Part shown: positions 35,840 to 49,140 of the stretch, piece after piece | How positions within the stretch are numbered: the stretch's first letter is position 1 | How the letters are laid out: each line of letters opens with the position of its first letter | Assembly: GCF_963921235.1 (NCBI RefSeq) | Contig: NC_086098.1 | Coordinates: forward strand, 8,246,001-8,310,000 | From: Mobula hypostoma | Lineage: Eukaryota | Direction: 5' to 3' | Length of the DNA stretch: 64,000 bases | The notes under the pieces: model-generated | The model's database searches: none | The model's input: only the letters and a program-made list of their open reading frames with translations | What the model was told of the DNA's origin: nothing | Position numbers and translations under genes: made by a program

Positions 35840-36745
35840 CAACACACATCAAAGTTGCTGGTGAACACAGCAGGTCAGGCAGCATCTCTAGGAAGAGGTA
35901 TAGTCGATGTTTCAGGACGAAACCCTTCGTCAGGACTAACTGAAGGAAGAGCTAGTAAGAGATTTGAAAGTGGGAGGGGGAGGGGGAGATCCAAAATGAT
36001 AGGAGAAGACAGGAGGGGGAGGGATGGAGTCAAGAGCTGGACAGGTGATAGGCAAAAGGGATACGAGAGGATCATGGGACAGGAGGCCCAGGGAGAAAGA
36101 AAGGGGGAGGGGGAAACCAGAGGATGGGTAAGGGGTATAGTCAGAGGGACAGAGGGAGAAAAAAGAGAGAGAGAGAAAGAATGTATATAAATAACGGATG
36201 GGGTATGAGGGGGAGGTGGGGCATTAGCGGATGTTAGAGAAGTCGATGTTCATGCCATCAGGGTGGAGGCTACCCAGACGGAATATAAGGTGTTGTTCCT
36301 CCAACCTGAGTGTGGCTTCATCTTTACAGTAGAGGAGGCCGTGGATAGACATGTCAGAATGGGAATGGGATGTGGAATTAAAATGTGTGGCCACTGGGAG
36401 ATCCTGCTTTCTCTGGCGGACAGAGCGTAGGTGTTCAGCAAGGCGGTCTCCCAGTCTGCGTCGGGTCTCGCCAATATATAAAAGGCCACATCGGGAGCAG
36501 CGGACGCAGTATATCACCCCAGCCGACTCACAGGTGAAGTGATGCCTCACCTGGCAGGACTGTTTGGAGCCCTGAATGGTGGTAAGGGAGGAAGTGTAAG
36601 GGCATGTGTAGCACTTGTTCTGCTTACACGGATAAGTGCCAGGAGGGAGATCAGTGGGGAGGGATGGGGGGGACGAATGGACAAGGGAGTCGCGTAGGGA
36701 GCGATCCCTGTGGAAAGCGGGGGGGGGGAGGGAAAGATGTGCTTA
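35840..36745 (-). mobile_element. Penelope-like element 3' part: GIY-YIG endonuclease plus terminal repeat
   Basis: ORF 36224-36550 FTCESAGVIYCVRCSRCGLLYIGETRRRLGDRLAEH..PVATHFN..GMN. Confidence 0.92.
35901..35938 (-). ncRNA. Minimal type-I hammerhead ribozyme motif
   Basis: UAGUC-CUGACGA-AGGG(UUUCG)UCCU-GAAA-C-AUC-GACUA: stem I, core CUGANGA, stem II, GAAA and NUH site all present. Confidence 0.75.
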
Positions 36746-37589
36746 GTGGTCTTTTACTTCTGTTTTGCACCACTTACTTAATTTAACTATTTAATATTCA
36801 TATATATACCTACTGTAATTCAGTTTTTTCTATATTATCATGTATTGATTTGTACCGCTAAGTTAATTAATGATGTTGATATTAATCCTGATTCTGATTC
36901 TGATTTCATTGCAACTTATAAAGCAATTTCTTTAAGTGTTGCACTGCACTACTGCCACAAAACAAGCAAATTTCACGACATATGTCAGTGATAATAAACT
37001 TGCTTCTCAGCCAAAGCAATATCTTATTGGGAAGTACACCTGCGCTGGGATTGAAAGCATGCCATGGTACTCCTATTCCCTGGAAAGTGATATGTATATT
37101 ACTGCAGTTGTACATTACTGCAGCTTCAGTGTCACACCAAAGGCATTTTGGAAACTGTTCATAGATAGATTGATTTATGCACAATCTCGTCAAACTATTC
37201 ATGCAGCACTGCAAGTTTGCTTAAAAGGAATAACATATTTCAAACATTGCAGGGCTCTGGAACAAGAAAAGATGTCTCTCTCAGGGAATTACCTGACATT
37301 CTTTCATATCCAAGCACTTTGCAGTTTGATTAGTGTGCACCACATCCCTGTGTATTTGAATCCTTGAATATTAAAGTCAAATTTTCTGCTCCGCAATCTC
37401 TTACAAGCAGATTTACCATTCTGATGCTTTGACTACATTGTCAGCATCTTATGGACATTTTTATGTAACAGTATAAAAGGGAATATTTCAAATCCTGCCT
37501 GCCTGCCGACTGGGAGCAGTTAGCATCATGCAATTTTGTTAGACACCTCGGAGATGCAGGAAGCTGAATTTTAACTTCTGGGTGGGCAA

Positions 37590-37870
37590 ACATGGTCTTC
37601 CAATGACAATTATTGTTCTTAGCAAATTTTTCTGTTGAAGTGATTTGCCATTGCCTTCTTCTGGGCAGTGTTTTTACAAGACAGGTGACTCCAGCCATTA
37701 CCAACACTCTTCAGGGATTGTCTACTTGGTGTCAATGGTCGCATAACCAGAACTTGTAACATACACCGGCTGCTCATATGACCATCCACCACTAGGTCCC
37801 ATGACTTCACGCGACCCTGATCGGTGGTGGGTAGGGGGGTGGGGTGGGAGGTTGCTAAACCGGTGCCCAA
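37590..37870 (-). mobile_element. SINE-like element with an RTE/BovB-like 3' tail; other copies at 28910-29075 and 39428-39897
   Basis: Three similar copies; minus-strand GAAGGCAATGGCAAA.CACTTC...TTTGC tail. Confidence 0.7.
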
Positions 37871-37919
37871 GAGTTTTAAACTGGGAAGGAACAACAAGGT
37901 TTATGTTTATTTATCGGAC

Positions 37920-38435
37920 CTACTGTAGAATGACGTGAGTATGAATGTAGAAAGTCCAGCTCCCTCAATCTCCTCAGAAGATAGAGGCATTGGTGAGCTT
38001 TCCTGACTCTGTAGGATGTGTTCTGGAACCATGAGAGGTTGTGTGAGATATGCACTCCAGGGAGGTTGAAACTGCTCTCAGTTTCTACTGCCGTGCCGCC
38101 GATGAAAAGGGAGGACGAATGGTGCAAATTCTCCAGAAGCTGATAACTATCTCTGTTGCCTTGATGACATTGAGGAAGAGGGAGGGAGTTCTGGTAACAG
38201 GCCTGGAGTTCTTCCACCTCCTCTCCGTAGGCTATCTCATTGTTATGGATGATGTCCCCCACCACTGTCGCATCATCAGCAAATTTGACACTAGGATTGC
38301 TTGGATGTTTGGCCGTACAGTTGTGTGTGAGCAGAGTGTACAGCGGTGGGCGCAGTACACTGTCCTGAGGGCAACCGTGTGGAGGATGATGGGAGGGAGG
38401 AGTGGCTGTCCATCCTGACTATCTGAGGTTTGTCT
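37920..38435 (-). mobile_element. Rex1/Babar RT fragment, decayed
   Basis: KFADDATVVG; VHISHNLSW; KAHQCLYLLRRL. Confidence 0.75.
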
Positions 38436-38441
38436 GATTCA

Positions 38442-39061
38442 ATGATTTATGATCATGAGGACACGCAGTATCTTTTTATTGTCATTTAGTAATGCATGCA
38501 TTAAGAAATGATAAAATGTTTTTCCAGAATGATATCACGAATACACATGACAAACCGACTTAAAAACTAAAAGAAACCACATAATTATATAGTTACAACA
38601 GTGCAAAGCAATACCATAATTAGATAAGAACAGACCATGGCGCAGTAAAAGTCTCAAAGGCTCTCGAAAATCCCATCATCTCACGCAGACGGTAAACCTC
38701 CAGCGCCGCCAACTTGCCGATGCAGCATCCCAGAAGCATCCGACCACAGTCTGACTCCGAGTCCGTCCGAAAACTCCGAGCCTCCGACCAGCTCTCCGAC
38801 ACCGAGCGCCATCTCTGCCGAGCGTTTCGACCCCGGCCCCAGCAAGCCGAGGATTTGGGGCCTTCGTCTCTGGAGATTCTCGATCGCACAGTAGCAGCGG
38901 CAGCGAATCGGGCATTTCAGAAGTTACTTCAGGTGTTCCTCTGTGCTTCTCTGGGCTGTCTCCATCAAATCCGGATTGTGCATGGCCCCCTAGTTACACA
39001 TAATCAATATTCATTGGGAACGGCCCCACGCTCTGCGTCACACTGCCATCTTCTCCTCCCT
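38442..39061 (-). mobile_element. 'AAGATGGC-head' non-autonomous element, copy 2
   Basis: Reverse complement of 61890-62536. Confidence 0.85.
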
Positions 39062-40036
39062 CCTTCTCCTCCTGAAAATTATTTCAGCACTTCAGAAAAA
39101 TTTGGAGAAGTACGACAATGCGAGGTGGGGGGGGGGGTGGTTTAAAGATCTATAGTCCTGGTGCTGGTGGATGAGGCAAAGCAGAATAACTGCTCAGCAT
39201 GGACAAGATGGCCTAAAGAGCCTGGTTCTGTGCTTTAGCTGTCTATGAATCTAATGCATCCCAAATCATTCTCAGAATCTCCATTCCCAGAATGCATCTT
39301 ATTTCTCAAATATTCCCTAGTTTTCTTCAGTAATCGAAGCCAGCGTCTCAGCCTGGGCACCCAGGCAGCACCAGGACTATGATGAGCGGTCTATGACTCT
39401 GTTTCTATCTGTTCAAGTTTATTTGTTCGTTATGTACCGTGTCATGTGACATGGGTGGGTGATCATGGTCTTTTGACCATGAATGTTCCTGGCAATTTTT
39501 TCTGCTGAAGTGGTTTGCCATTACCTTCTTCTGGGCAAGTGTCTTTACAGGGCGGGTGACTCCATCCATTATCAATACTCTTCAGAGATTCTGTGCCTGA
39601 TGTCAGTGGTTGCATAACCTGGACCAGATGCTCATACGACCATCCACCACCTTCTCCCAGGGCTTCACGTGATCCTGATTGGAGGGTGGGGCTGAACAGG
39701 TGCCCAAGCGTGATCTGCAAGCTAATAGAGGGCAGGAACACCTTAGACCTCCCTCAGTAGAGACGTATCTTCAGGTGACCCTGACAGGGTGCGGGTGGCA
39801 AGCAGGTGCTACACCTTGCCCAAGGGTGACCTGCAGGCGATCAGAGGGAAGGAATACCTTACACTTTCTTTGGTAAAGAAATATCTCCACCCCACCCCCC
39901 TATGTTTCAATTAGAATAGTTTATTGTCTCAGAAGTAAAGTTTTGTGCTCCTTGATAGGTTTTTGTTTCCACTAGGACTCTCAAGCCTCCCATTTTAGGT
40001 AGGAGTCTACAGATGTGGATGATAGGTCCCCTAGAT

Positions 40037-40105
40037 AAGGCATTCCCAATCTTTTTTATGCCACGGACCCCTATGGGTCCGTAAACCGCAGGTTGGGAAC
40101 CCCTT
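40037..40105. mobile_element. Tiny hAT (Charlie-like) MITE; second copy at 57703-57781
   Basis: Degenerate CAGGGGTTCCCAA TIRs; 8-bp flanks CCCTAGAT and CCCTAGGT. Confidence 0.65.
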
Positions 40106-40194
40106 CCCTAGGTGCTGAGGAACTAGAGGAATTGGAGTGCTGTGGTGGCAATATTTAGAGCACATAACTCTGTTACCAATTACAATGGTACTTA

Positions 40195-41170
40195 TCCCTG
40201 CAAAGGCCGAAGTGCTACATCTGCCCACTCACCTCCTCCCTCACCTCCATTCATGTCCCCAAACAGTCCTTCCAGGTGAGGCAGCACTTCGCCTGTGAAT
40301 CTGCTGGGGTTGTCTATTCTATCTGGTTCTCCCGATGTGACCTCCTCTACAGGGAGAGACCCATTTGGGGGACCGTTATGTTGAGAACCTCTGCTCTATC
40401 CCCCAAAAGCGGAACTTCGTGGTGTCTCAATATATTCATTCCAATTCCCATTCCCATTCCAACATGTGCAATGATGAGGCCACCCTCAGGGTGGAAGAGT
40501 AACACCTCATATTCCATCCAACCTGATATGAATATTGATAACTCCTTCTGGTTAAAAGAAATCCCTCACCCTCCCCTATTCTTCTATTCCCCACTCTGGC
40601 CTCTTCTCACCTGCTTATGTGTTGGGCACGTGGTCAAGTGGTTAAGGCGTTCGTCTAGTGATCTGAAGGTCGCTAGTTCAAGCCTCAACTGTGGCAATGT
40701 GTTTGTGTCCTTGAGTAAGGCACTTAACCACACATTGCTCTAGTCTGTATGAGGAGTGGCGCCCCACACAGACTTCCTATCTGCGCCTTGTAAGGCATGA
40801 AAATGCCCGTGTCTGAGTCAGTGTTCCCTCCCTCCCTCCCCTCCTTCCCCTCCCCACCTGCTTCTTACCTCCACATGGTGTCCTTCCTCCTTCTCTTTCT
40901 CTTATGGTCCACTCTCCTCTCTTACCAGATTCCTTCTTCTCCAGCCCTTTCCCTTTCCCACCCACCTGGTATCACCTCTTACTTTCCAGCTTTCCTGCAT
41001 TCCCTCAACTTCACCTTGTTATTCTGATGTCTTCCACTCCCTTTCCAGTCCTGAAGAAGGTCTTGACTTGAAACATTGACTGTTTATTCATTTCATTTCC
41101 ATAGATGCTGAGTTCCTTCAGCATTTTGTGTGTGCTGCTTTGGATTTCAGCATCTGCAGATTCTCTCGTG
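40195..41170 (+). mobile_element. PLE remnant (GIY-YIG end plus terminal repeat) split by a SINE
   Basis: RQHFACESAGVVYSI; hammerhead-like CAGTC-CTGAAGA...GAAA-CATT-GACTG at 41046-41082. Confidence 0.8.
40620..40810 (+). mobile_element. tRNA-derived SINE
   Basis: Pol III A box TGGTCAAGTGG (40631) and B box GTTCAAGCC (40676), then GTGTCCTTGAGTAAGGCACTTAACC body. Confidence 0.8.
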
Positions 41171-41699
41171 TTTAGAATATATTTGTGAAATTCCCTTGCT
41201 GAATTAGAAAAGCACAGGGATGGACTTTAAAATAATTTTCATTGCAGACTGTGTGTATGTGTTTGAGAGGGAGCGAGGGAGGGAGGGGGAGGGGGAGGGA
41301 GAAATGTAAGAGGGCGAGTTCATGTGGGAATGAGATGAACAATATACCTTGTGCTTTTATCATTGCATTTGACTTTAACAGTTCAAATCGAAGGTTAAAC
41401 CTCACCTCCCTAAAGCTTTAGCTTTAATGGTTTGACTTCAGAGTGGAGGTGAATTGAATTAGGTTCAGTTTTATTTTATTTATTATTTATAAAATTCACT
41501 GTGATTGTAAATTATCTTAAAATCATACAAAAGCATAAGATAGACTCTATTTATAATGAAGTTTTGTTGAATCAGGGTTTTCATTGATTCTGCTGAAACA
41601 TCAAAGAAACAATATCTATTCAAACATTGCATAAGGTTTGAGGTTTTCTGCTCTTTGTCTGCATTAATTTATCAATTGAATTGACAATTACATCACTCA

Positions 41700-41893
41700 A
41701 AGTATTGAGTTCAAGAGTTGGGATGTGATGTTGAAGTTGTATTAGACATTGGTGAGGCCTAATCTGGAATATTCAATGGATCAATAGTTCCACTTAACAT
41801 CAGAGAATGTATACTCTCACTCACCATCGAGACAGAGACAGAGACAGAGAGAGACAGACAGAGACAGAGACAGAGAGAGAGACAGAGACAGAC

Positions 41894-41925
<32 letters not shown>

Positions 41926-43130
41926 CGAGCAATCACGCAAGTGCAGTAGCCTCCAACAGCCGCACTGACTGTCTCGATGTTCCGGCTCCCCGTGATGCTT
42001 CAGTTCGTGACACCAGCAAGAAATCGGGTCCGCAGAGCTGTATTAGGCTACACTCCGAAGGTGCCTGTCTTCTAGAAAAACTTAACCAAGCCGCGAGCTT
42101 CAAGAATGAGAACACGCCACCGTGCAATACTGCAGTCTGAGTGCAACTGTAGATCATGGACTCTGACAGGACCCCAACCACGTTGAAAAAGACAATAGAG
42201 ACATTAGAAGAAGAAGAATTTAAACTCTTCCACCGACGAGCTGGGAGAAGTCACCCTCTGACGCCATTTTGTGTGCAGTTCTGGTCACCTACCAACAGGA
42301 AGGATATTGATAAGATTGAGAAAGTACAGAGATTTACAAGGATGTTGCTGGGATTTGAGGACCTGAGTTATAGGGAACGATGGAATAAATTGGGATTTTA
42401 TTTCATAAAACCATAAGACATAGGACCCGAATTTGGCCATTTGGCCCATCGAGTCTGTTCTGCCATTTCATCATGGCTGATTTATTTTTTTTCTCTCAGC
42501 CTAGTCTCCTGGTTTCTCCCTGTATCCTTTCAAACACTGGCCATTCTGGAGTGGAGGGTAGGATAATGAGGGGAGATTTGATACGAATAAAACATTTGAG
42601 AGTCGTTTTATATGCTTAACAAAAGTCACAGCACTTCAATTCCAGTAAGACCAAATCCAAAATAAGTTGCCCTATACTGACATCTTTACATTAGACTTCA
42701 TCACTTAAAGTGAATACAACAACTCAATGATGGTGTTAGTGAATTATGTAGAACAGTTTCTCTTATGAACAATATGTGTCATCTGCCGCCCATTACCTTT
42801 CCCTGTAGGGTAAATGCAAGCAGGGTTTTCCAAAGAGGTTGGGTGAGACTTGAACTCATAGGTTATAGGGGAAAGGTAAAATCTTCAAGGGGAACCTGAG
42901 GAGGAACTTCTTCACTTAGAGGGTGGTGAGAATGTTGAACATGCTGCCAGCAGAAGTAGTGGATGGAGGTTTGATTTCAAAATTTAAGATAAATTTAGGT
43001 AAGTACATGGATGGAAGGGATATGAAAGGCAGTGATGTAGGTGTGGGATGCTGGGACCGGCAGAATAGCAGTTCAACACTCACAAGATGGACTGAAGGGC
43101 CTGTTTCTGTACTGTAGTGCTCTATGTCTA
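41700..43130 (+). mobile_element. CR1 3' region broken into four pieces by later insertions
   Basis: Collinear pieces LYxTLVRPNLEY / CVQFWSP..RFTRML / MRGDLI / RNFF..VVRMLNMLP. Confidence 0.75.
41830..41923. repeat. (GAGACA)n/(GA)n microsatellite
   Basis: Directly visible. Confidence 0.95.
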
Positions 43131-43556
43131 TGACATCATTCATGTTGGTTATATAATGACAAGTCAAATACTTTGTTCAACTCAATGACATTGCAACATG
43201 CAACTAACTTTGAAACAACTTTTGCAAATATTTAATAGATATTATCAATATTGTGATGAGTCATCAGTCACATGATTGAATACCATGTGAACAAATGTCA
43301 CCTGATCAAATCTCAAGGAGGATGCCAGGCTGCATTTGGAAAAGTAGAATGAGGTAGGAACCAGGCCTAAAAGGGCTGGGATACATTGGGATAGAATTTT
43401 GGATTTCTTGCAGTAATCTTGCATAGTTTTAACCAATTGCATTTAAAGAATGACATAACATAACTTACTGAAATCAGAAGAAACCTACCAATTTCCTTTG
43501 GTTGGTCTTTATCTAACACTTGCTCTGCAAGCAATCTGCAGTATCATTTTAATTAG

Positions 43557-44186
43557 TGTAATGCCCTGGTTCATATCTTTACTGTTATGCTGTGGTGCTT
43601 CATTTAACTGCTGTTCTGTTTTCAGCCCGTTTGGGTAATTGTTGAAGATAAGGGATGATGTGGAATGTGTGTCATCCAATTAGAGGGAGCTTTTCTTGGT
43701 GAGGGACATTAAGGTTGGGCTTGGGGCTTTCACTCAAGAAGAGACGGAGAGAGAAGATGCTGGGGAGAACTGATTGTAGCATATGATCCGGTGGGAGTCC
43801 TGTTTGTTCGAGATGGATTGCAAGCGACGTTCGGAAGGTGGTGTGTGCTTTCACGTTGACCGAGGGCCCAGCATGTGAGTGACAGAGAATTTCAAGATGA
43901 GCTCCAACTTGTGCACATTTGACTGTTTAATTAGAATGGGCTCTTTTCTTTTTGTTTTTCTTTACTAACCCTTCAGTTAAGGTTCATAAATATAATTCCT
44001 TTAATTATATGCAATGTAATCATCTGTTATTTCATGGCAGTGATTTGTAACAGGGTAGCAAATGACACAGCATCCACACAAACTGGGTTTGGGCTGGGAT
44101 TAAGCGCGCCTCAACCGCACGGAGTTTGGCAGACCGGAATTTGTCGTTCCTAGACTTATGCAGCCAAGGAAACCAAGGTGGTTTCA
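43557..44186. mobile_element. Solo LTR (630 bp), TSD TTAG
   Basis: TGTAATGCCCTGGTT...AACCAAGGTGGTTTCA; TTAG at 43553-43556 and 44187-44190; shares GAGCTCCAAC..GTGCACA with 29443-30015. Confidence 0.8.
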
Positions 44187-45419
44187 TTAGTAAAAATTAG
44201 CATGCAGAAATTAATACAGGAAACTCCTGTGTTACTAGAAAGTTGTGTTCTTGGAAAATGGGGAGTTTCTACAACACAAATCTGCATCTGTGCTAAGAGT
44301 GTCAAGAAACATGAGTTAGAAAAAAGTATTTTTCTTATGAGGGGTCTCGGCCCTAAACGTCAACTCTTTATTCCCTTCACTAGATGCTGCCTGACCTGCT
44401 GAGTTCCTCCAGCATTTAGTGTGTGTTGCTCTGGATTTCCAGCATCTGCAGATTTCAAAGGTTCAAAGGTTCATTTATTGTGCAGATAGCCATGAAACAG
44501 AAAACTATGGAAGTAATTTGAAAGAAAAACAGCAAACCCATCCTCCCACACAAAAAAGAATGGCAACACAATCATTAACCCCCCCAAACCCAGCTCCTCT
44601 GCACAAAAACATCAGCCACCAAAACCCACCCCTCCCCGTACAAAAAGCTAACAGAAATGTTTCAAGAACATCGGCCTCCAAAAACCCTCCCCTGTACAAA
44701 AACAGATTAAGAACATTGACCCCCGATTCCCCCCCCCACAAGTAAAACTAACAAAAGTGCAACAAGAACATCAACACCCAAACCCCCACTTCCCACACAA
44801 AAAACGACGAGAAATAATGGGCGGCAACACAGAATCTAAAAACCATAAATCTGAAAAAGTCCATAGTCCAAGTCCATAAATGTAGAACCTTAGGAACATC
44901 ATCCAACATCACAGAAAGAGAGATACATGGCTTGAGCATGGAGGTCTTCTCTCTGCGCTCAGCAAAAGGCCACACAAGTCATAAGCCATAAGCAACAGAG
45001 GGATCAAAAGGCAGAGAGAACTCGCTCACCTTCTGCGTTTGCCTGGATGTTTCAGTCCTCCTCATCACATTAATTGGCAAAGAGTGGAAGCTTTAATCAG
45101 TGAAATGGAGTTGATCATTGGCTCTTGTACTTATGGATTTTGCTTTGAATTATTTGCTTTTATTTCACACTGATTTCATGAGAGTGAATTTCATTCTGTA
45201 CCTCGAAGTTGATCTGTGAATTCTGTAAGGGCAAGATTTCTGATTAACATTCAAAGTAAATTTATTATCGGTGTACATATATGTCACCAATACACTACCT
45301 TGAGATTAATTACCTTAATGAAAAGGAAAAGATACATTAAAATTATGCATGTTGATATTTGTATCAGTTCAGTTTGGCTGATAAATCTTGTAATTTATCA
45401 CTCTCTATCCACAAAATGA

Positions 45420-46410
45420 CTTCAAAGCTTAAAGTCAATTTATTATTGAAGTACATGTATGTCAGATACAACCCTGAGATTCATTTTCTTGTAGGCATAC
45501 TCAATAAATTCGATTACCATAGTAGAATCAATGAAAGACTGCATCCAATAGGACTAACAACTTACGTGCAAAAAGCAGCAAACTGCAAATACAAAAGGAA
45601 AGAAAAAAGAAGAAATAATAATAATAAGTAAGCAACAAATGTCAAGAACATGAGATGAAGAGTCATTGAAAGTGAGTCCATATGTTGTGGGAGCAGTTCA
45701 GTGATGGGGCAAGTGAAGTTGAGAGAAGCTATCCCCACTTGTTCAAGAGCCTGATGGTTGAGGGGTAGTAATTGTTTCTGAACAGTCCTGAGGCCGCCTT
45801 ACCTTCTCCCTGATGCCAGCAGCAATAAGAGAGCATGACCTGGCTGGTGGGCATGCCTGATGATGGATGCAGCATTCCTACGACAGTGTTTCATGTAGAT
45901 GTGGTCAATGGTAGTGAGAGCTTTACCCTTAATGGACTGGGCCATATTGACTACCTTTTGTCGGATTTTCCGTTCAAGGGCACTGGTGTTTCCATACCAA
46001 GCTGTAATGCAGCCAGTCAATACACTTTCCACTACACATCAATAGAAGTTTGTCAAAATTTTAAATGTCATGCCAAATCTTCAAAAGCTCCAAAGGGAGT
46101 AAAGGTGCTACCATGCTTTCTTTGTAATTGCAGTTACGTGCAGGACGCAGGACTGGTCCTCTGCAATGATGACACTGAGGAATTTAAAGTTGCTGACCCT
46201 CTCAATCGCCCAGTGAGGACTGACTCACGGTCCTTCAGATTTCTCCTCCTGAAGTCAACCATCAGCTCTTTGGTCTTGCTGACATTGAATAAGAGGCTGT
46301 TGTTGTGACACCATTCAGTCAGATTTTCAATCTCCCTCCTACGCCTACAACAGTGGTGTTATCAGCACACATGAGTACTGCATTGGAGCTGTGCTTAGCC
46401 TCACAATCAC
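45420..46410 (-). mobile_element. Rex1/Babar fragment, decayed
   Basis: ESVLTGCITAWYGN..HQPGHALL..SGRR. Confidence 0.8.
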
Positions 46411-46864
46411 ACTAAATACTTGCAATTAATGGCACCAACTCTGCTTATCATTACATTGTCATTTCCCACTGCCCTGTAATTTTATAAGGTTCTGCAAGCA
46501 GATGATTTTTTTTTTACTTGTATTCATATTCCCCGTTGTCCAGTGCAACATAAATATATTTCAAACCAATAAACTTGAAATATTTTATTGGTATCCTAAA
46601 TGATCCTATGCCATCTCAGATATTGTGCAGTAAATGATAATTGCATTGCAATTGAAAACTAGAATGCTTGGCAGTTAAGAATAAAAAGTACTGCCGTCAT
46701 TTTATTTCTCCCTATGATTTTATTATGTTCCCTAAGGATAGGAGAGAATTTTTCAATTTATGGAATACAGAGACTGAAATTGTTCTGCATTTCTGGTTAT
46801 AGTTTTTATAAGGTGCAGCTTATTGTAGGGATAGCAAGTTGGGGGAAGCAAATCGCAATATTTT

Positions 46865-47215
46865 GTTTCCCCTACCTTTCCCCTCTTCTGTTCTCAACTC
46901 TGGCCTCTACTTCTCATCTCCCCCTGGTTCCCCTCCTTCCCTTTATCCCATGGTCTACTCTCTTCTATCAGATTCCTTCATCTCCAGCCCTTTATCTGGC
47001 TTCGCCTGTCACCTTGTAGCTATCCTCCTTCCCTTCCCCCCACATTTTTATTCTGGTGTCTTCCCCCTTCCTTTTCAGTCCCAATGAAGGGCCTCAGCCT
47101 GAAACGTTGACTGTTTATTCCCCTCCATAGATGCTGCCTGACCTGCTGAGTTCCTCCAGCATTTTGTGTGTGTTGCTCCGGATTGCCAGCATCTGCAGAA
47201 GAATCTCTCATATTT
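46865..47215 (+). mobile_element. PLE-derived terminal repeat
   Basis: Same motif set as 3385-3715; GAAACGTTGACTG at 47101. Confidence 0.75.
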
Positions 47216-47762
47216 ATATTGTGTTTATTGACCTTATAGAGTTCTATTTAAACCCGAGATTTTCAAAGGCCACATGTACATCGAAACATTGAAGCACAGT
47301 GAAATGCATCATTCTGCATCAATAACCGATGCAGTCAAAGGATTGTAAATCTTTTCACATTCAAAAATTGTCAAATCTTTTGACATTCTTAATACCTGCA
47401 TAAGGCAAGAATGAAGCAAGACAAAAAATAAATTGAACCCCATAAAAAATAGCATCTCTTATTTTTTGTCTATTGCACAATTCATTTAATTTTGTAACTT
47501 TTACATTTTGCACTGTACTGCTGCCACAAATCACCAAATTCACAACATATCCTCATTGGCCACTATACTTGGCACTCCTGTACACCTCCTCGGTTGCATG
47601 TACACAGATAAATGAAAAAACCTTTCTCTAGGATCAAGGTGTAAAACACATTATATATATCACACACAGCTCATAAAGTAAAATTAATGTCATCTTATTA
47701 ACAGATAATAAAAATATTCTGTAGATGTACTGTACAGTTGACATAGAGTTCATATACAAGCT

Positions 47763-48320
47763 GCACTCTGTGGCCACTTTATTAGGTACACAAGTACACC
47801 TCATTAATGCAAATATTTAATCAGCCAATCATGTGGCAGCAACTCAATGCATAAAAGCATGCTGATACAGTCAAGTAGTTCAGTTGTTATTCAAACCAAA
47901 CATCAAAATGTGGAAGATATGAGATCTAAGTGACTTTGACCATGGAATGATTGTTGGTGTCAGACGGGGTGGTTTGAGTATCTCAGAAGCTGCTGATCTC
48001 CTGGGATTTTCATGCAAAACAGTCTCTAGGCTTTACGGGTACTGGTAAAATAACAAAAAAAATCCATTGAGCAGTAACTCTGAGGGCAACAAAACCTTGT
48101 GAAGGAGAAAGATTAATGGAGAATTGCCAGACTGGTTCAAGCTGACAGGAAGGCAACAATAACACAAATAACCACATGTTGCAACAGTGGTGTGCAGAAG
48201 AGCATCTCTGAATGCACATGTTGAATCTTGAAGTGGATAGACTACAACGGCAGAAGACCACAAGCATACACTCAGTGGCCAATTTATTAGATAGAGGAGA
48301 TACTGACACTGAGTGTATGT
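47763..48320 (+). mobile_element. Tc1-like transposon remnant (TIR plus transposase N-terminus)
   Basis: CACTC.GTGGCCACTTTATTAGG TIR; DLSDFDHGMIVGVRRGGLSISEAADLLGFS helix-turn-helix region. Confidence 0.85.
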
Positions 48321-48704
48321 CTATGATAATAAACCTGATTCTGATTCCAAAGTTTTAAAAATCATTAATTTAGAATTAGAGCTATTTTTCCATGTAAACA
48401 CTCAAATCATAGGGCCTGATTGAGATATTGCATTAATATATTGAAAAATCTTGCCAAAAGTTTTCTGTCATGTCCATTATTTATGGGAAATACTTCAGAA
48501 GATCCTAAGACTGATTTGTTACACAGAAAGCATTTCAATCCATTTCATCTGCATTTTCCAAATTATCAGCTCTTATCATCTTCCTTTTACTACATATGCC
48601 GTTCCGTAAATTAATCTCATGTCCTGTTCTCAGCCACCCTTCCATATGTTGATATCTCTGAAAAAGGGCTTCCTGCCAGCTGTCATAAACACACTCTTCA
48701 GAAC

Positions 48705-49140
48705 AGCACACTGCACAAGTTCGAAAGAAGCTGCAGAAATTTGTGAACTCAGTCAGCTCCATCATGGGCACTAGCCTAGCCAGCATCCAGGACATCTTCA
48801 AAGAGCAATGCCTCAGAAAGGCGGCATCCATCATTAAGGACCCCCATCACCTAGGACACACCCTGTTCTCATTACTACAATCAAGGATGAGGTACAGGAG
48901 CCTGAAGATACACATTGAGCAATTCAGGAACAGCTCCTTCCCCTCTGCAATCCAATTTCTGAATGGACATTGAACCCATGAACATTACCACACTACATTT
49001 TTCTCTCTTTTTGCACTATTTATGTATATTAAGTTTATATACATATTTACTGTAATTTACAGCTTTTTAATTATTATATACTGCAATGTATTGCCAACAC
49101 ATAACAACAATTTTCACAACATATGCTGGTGATATTACAA
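48705..49140 (+). mobile_element. Rex1/Babar 3' fragment
   Basis: CLRKAASIIKDPHHLGHTLFSLL..RYRSL..FRNSSFPSAI. Confidence 0.8.

Noticed and set aside
40620..40690. tRNA gene
   Set aside because: A and B boxes are present, but there is no convincing cloverleaf and it continues into a SINE body.
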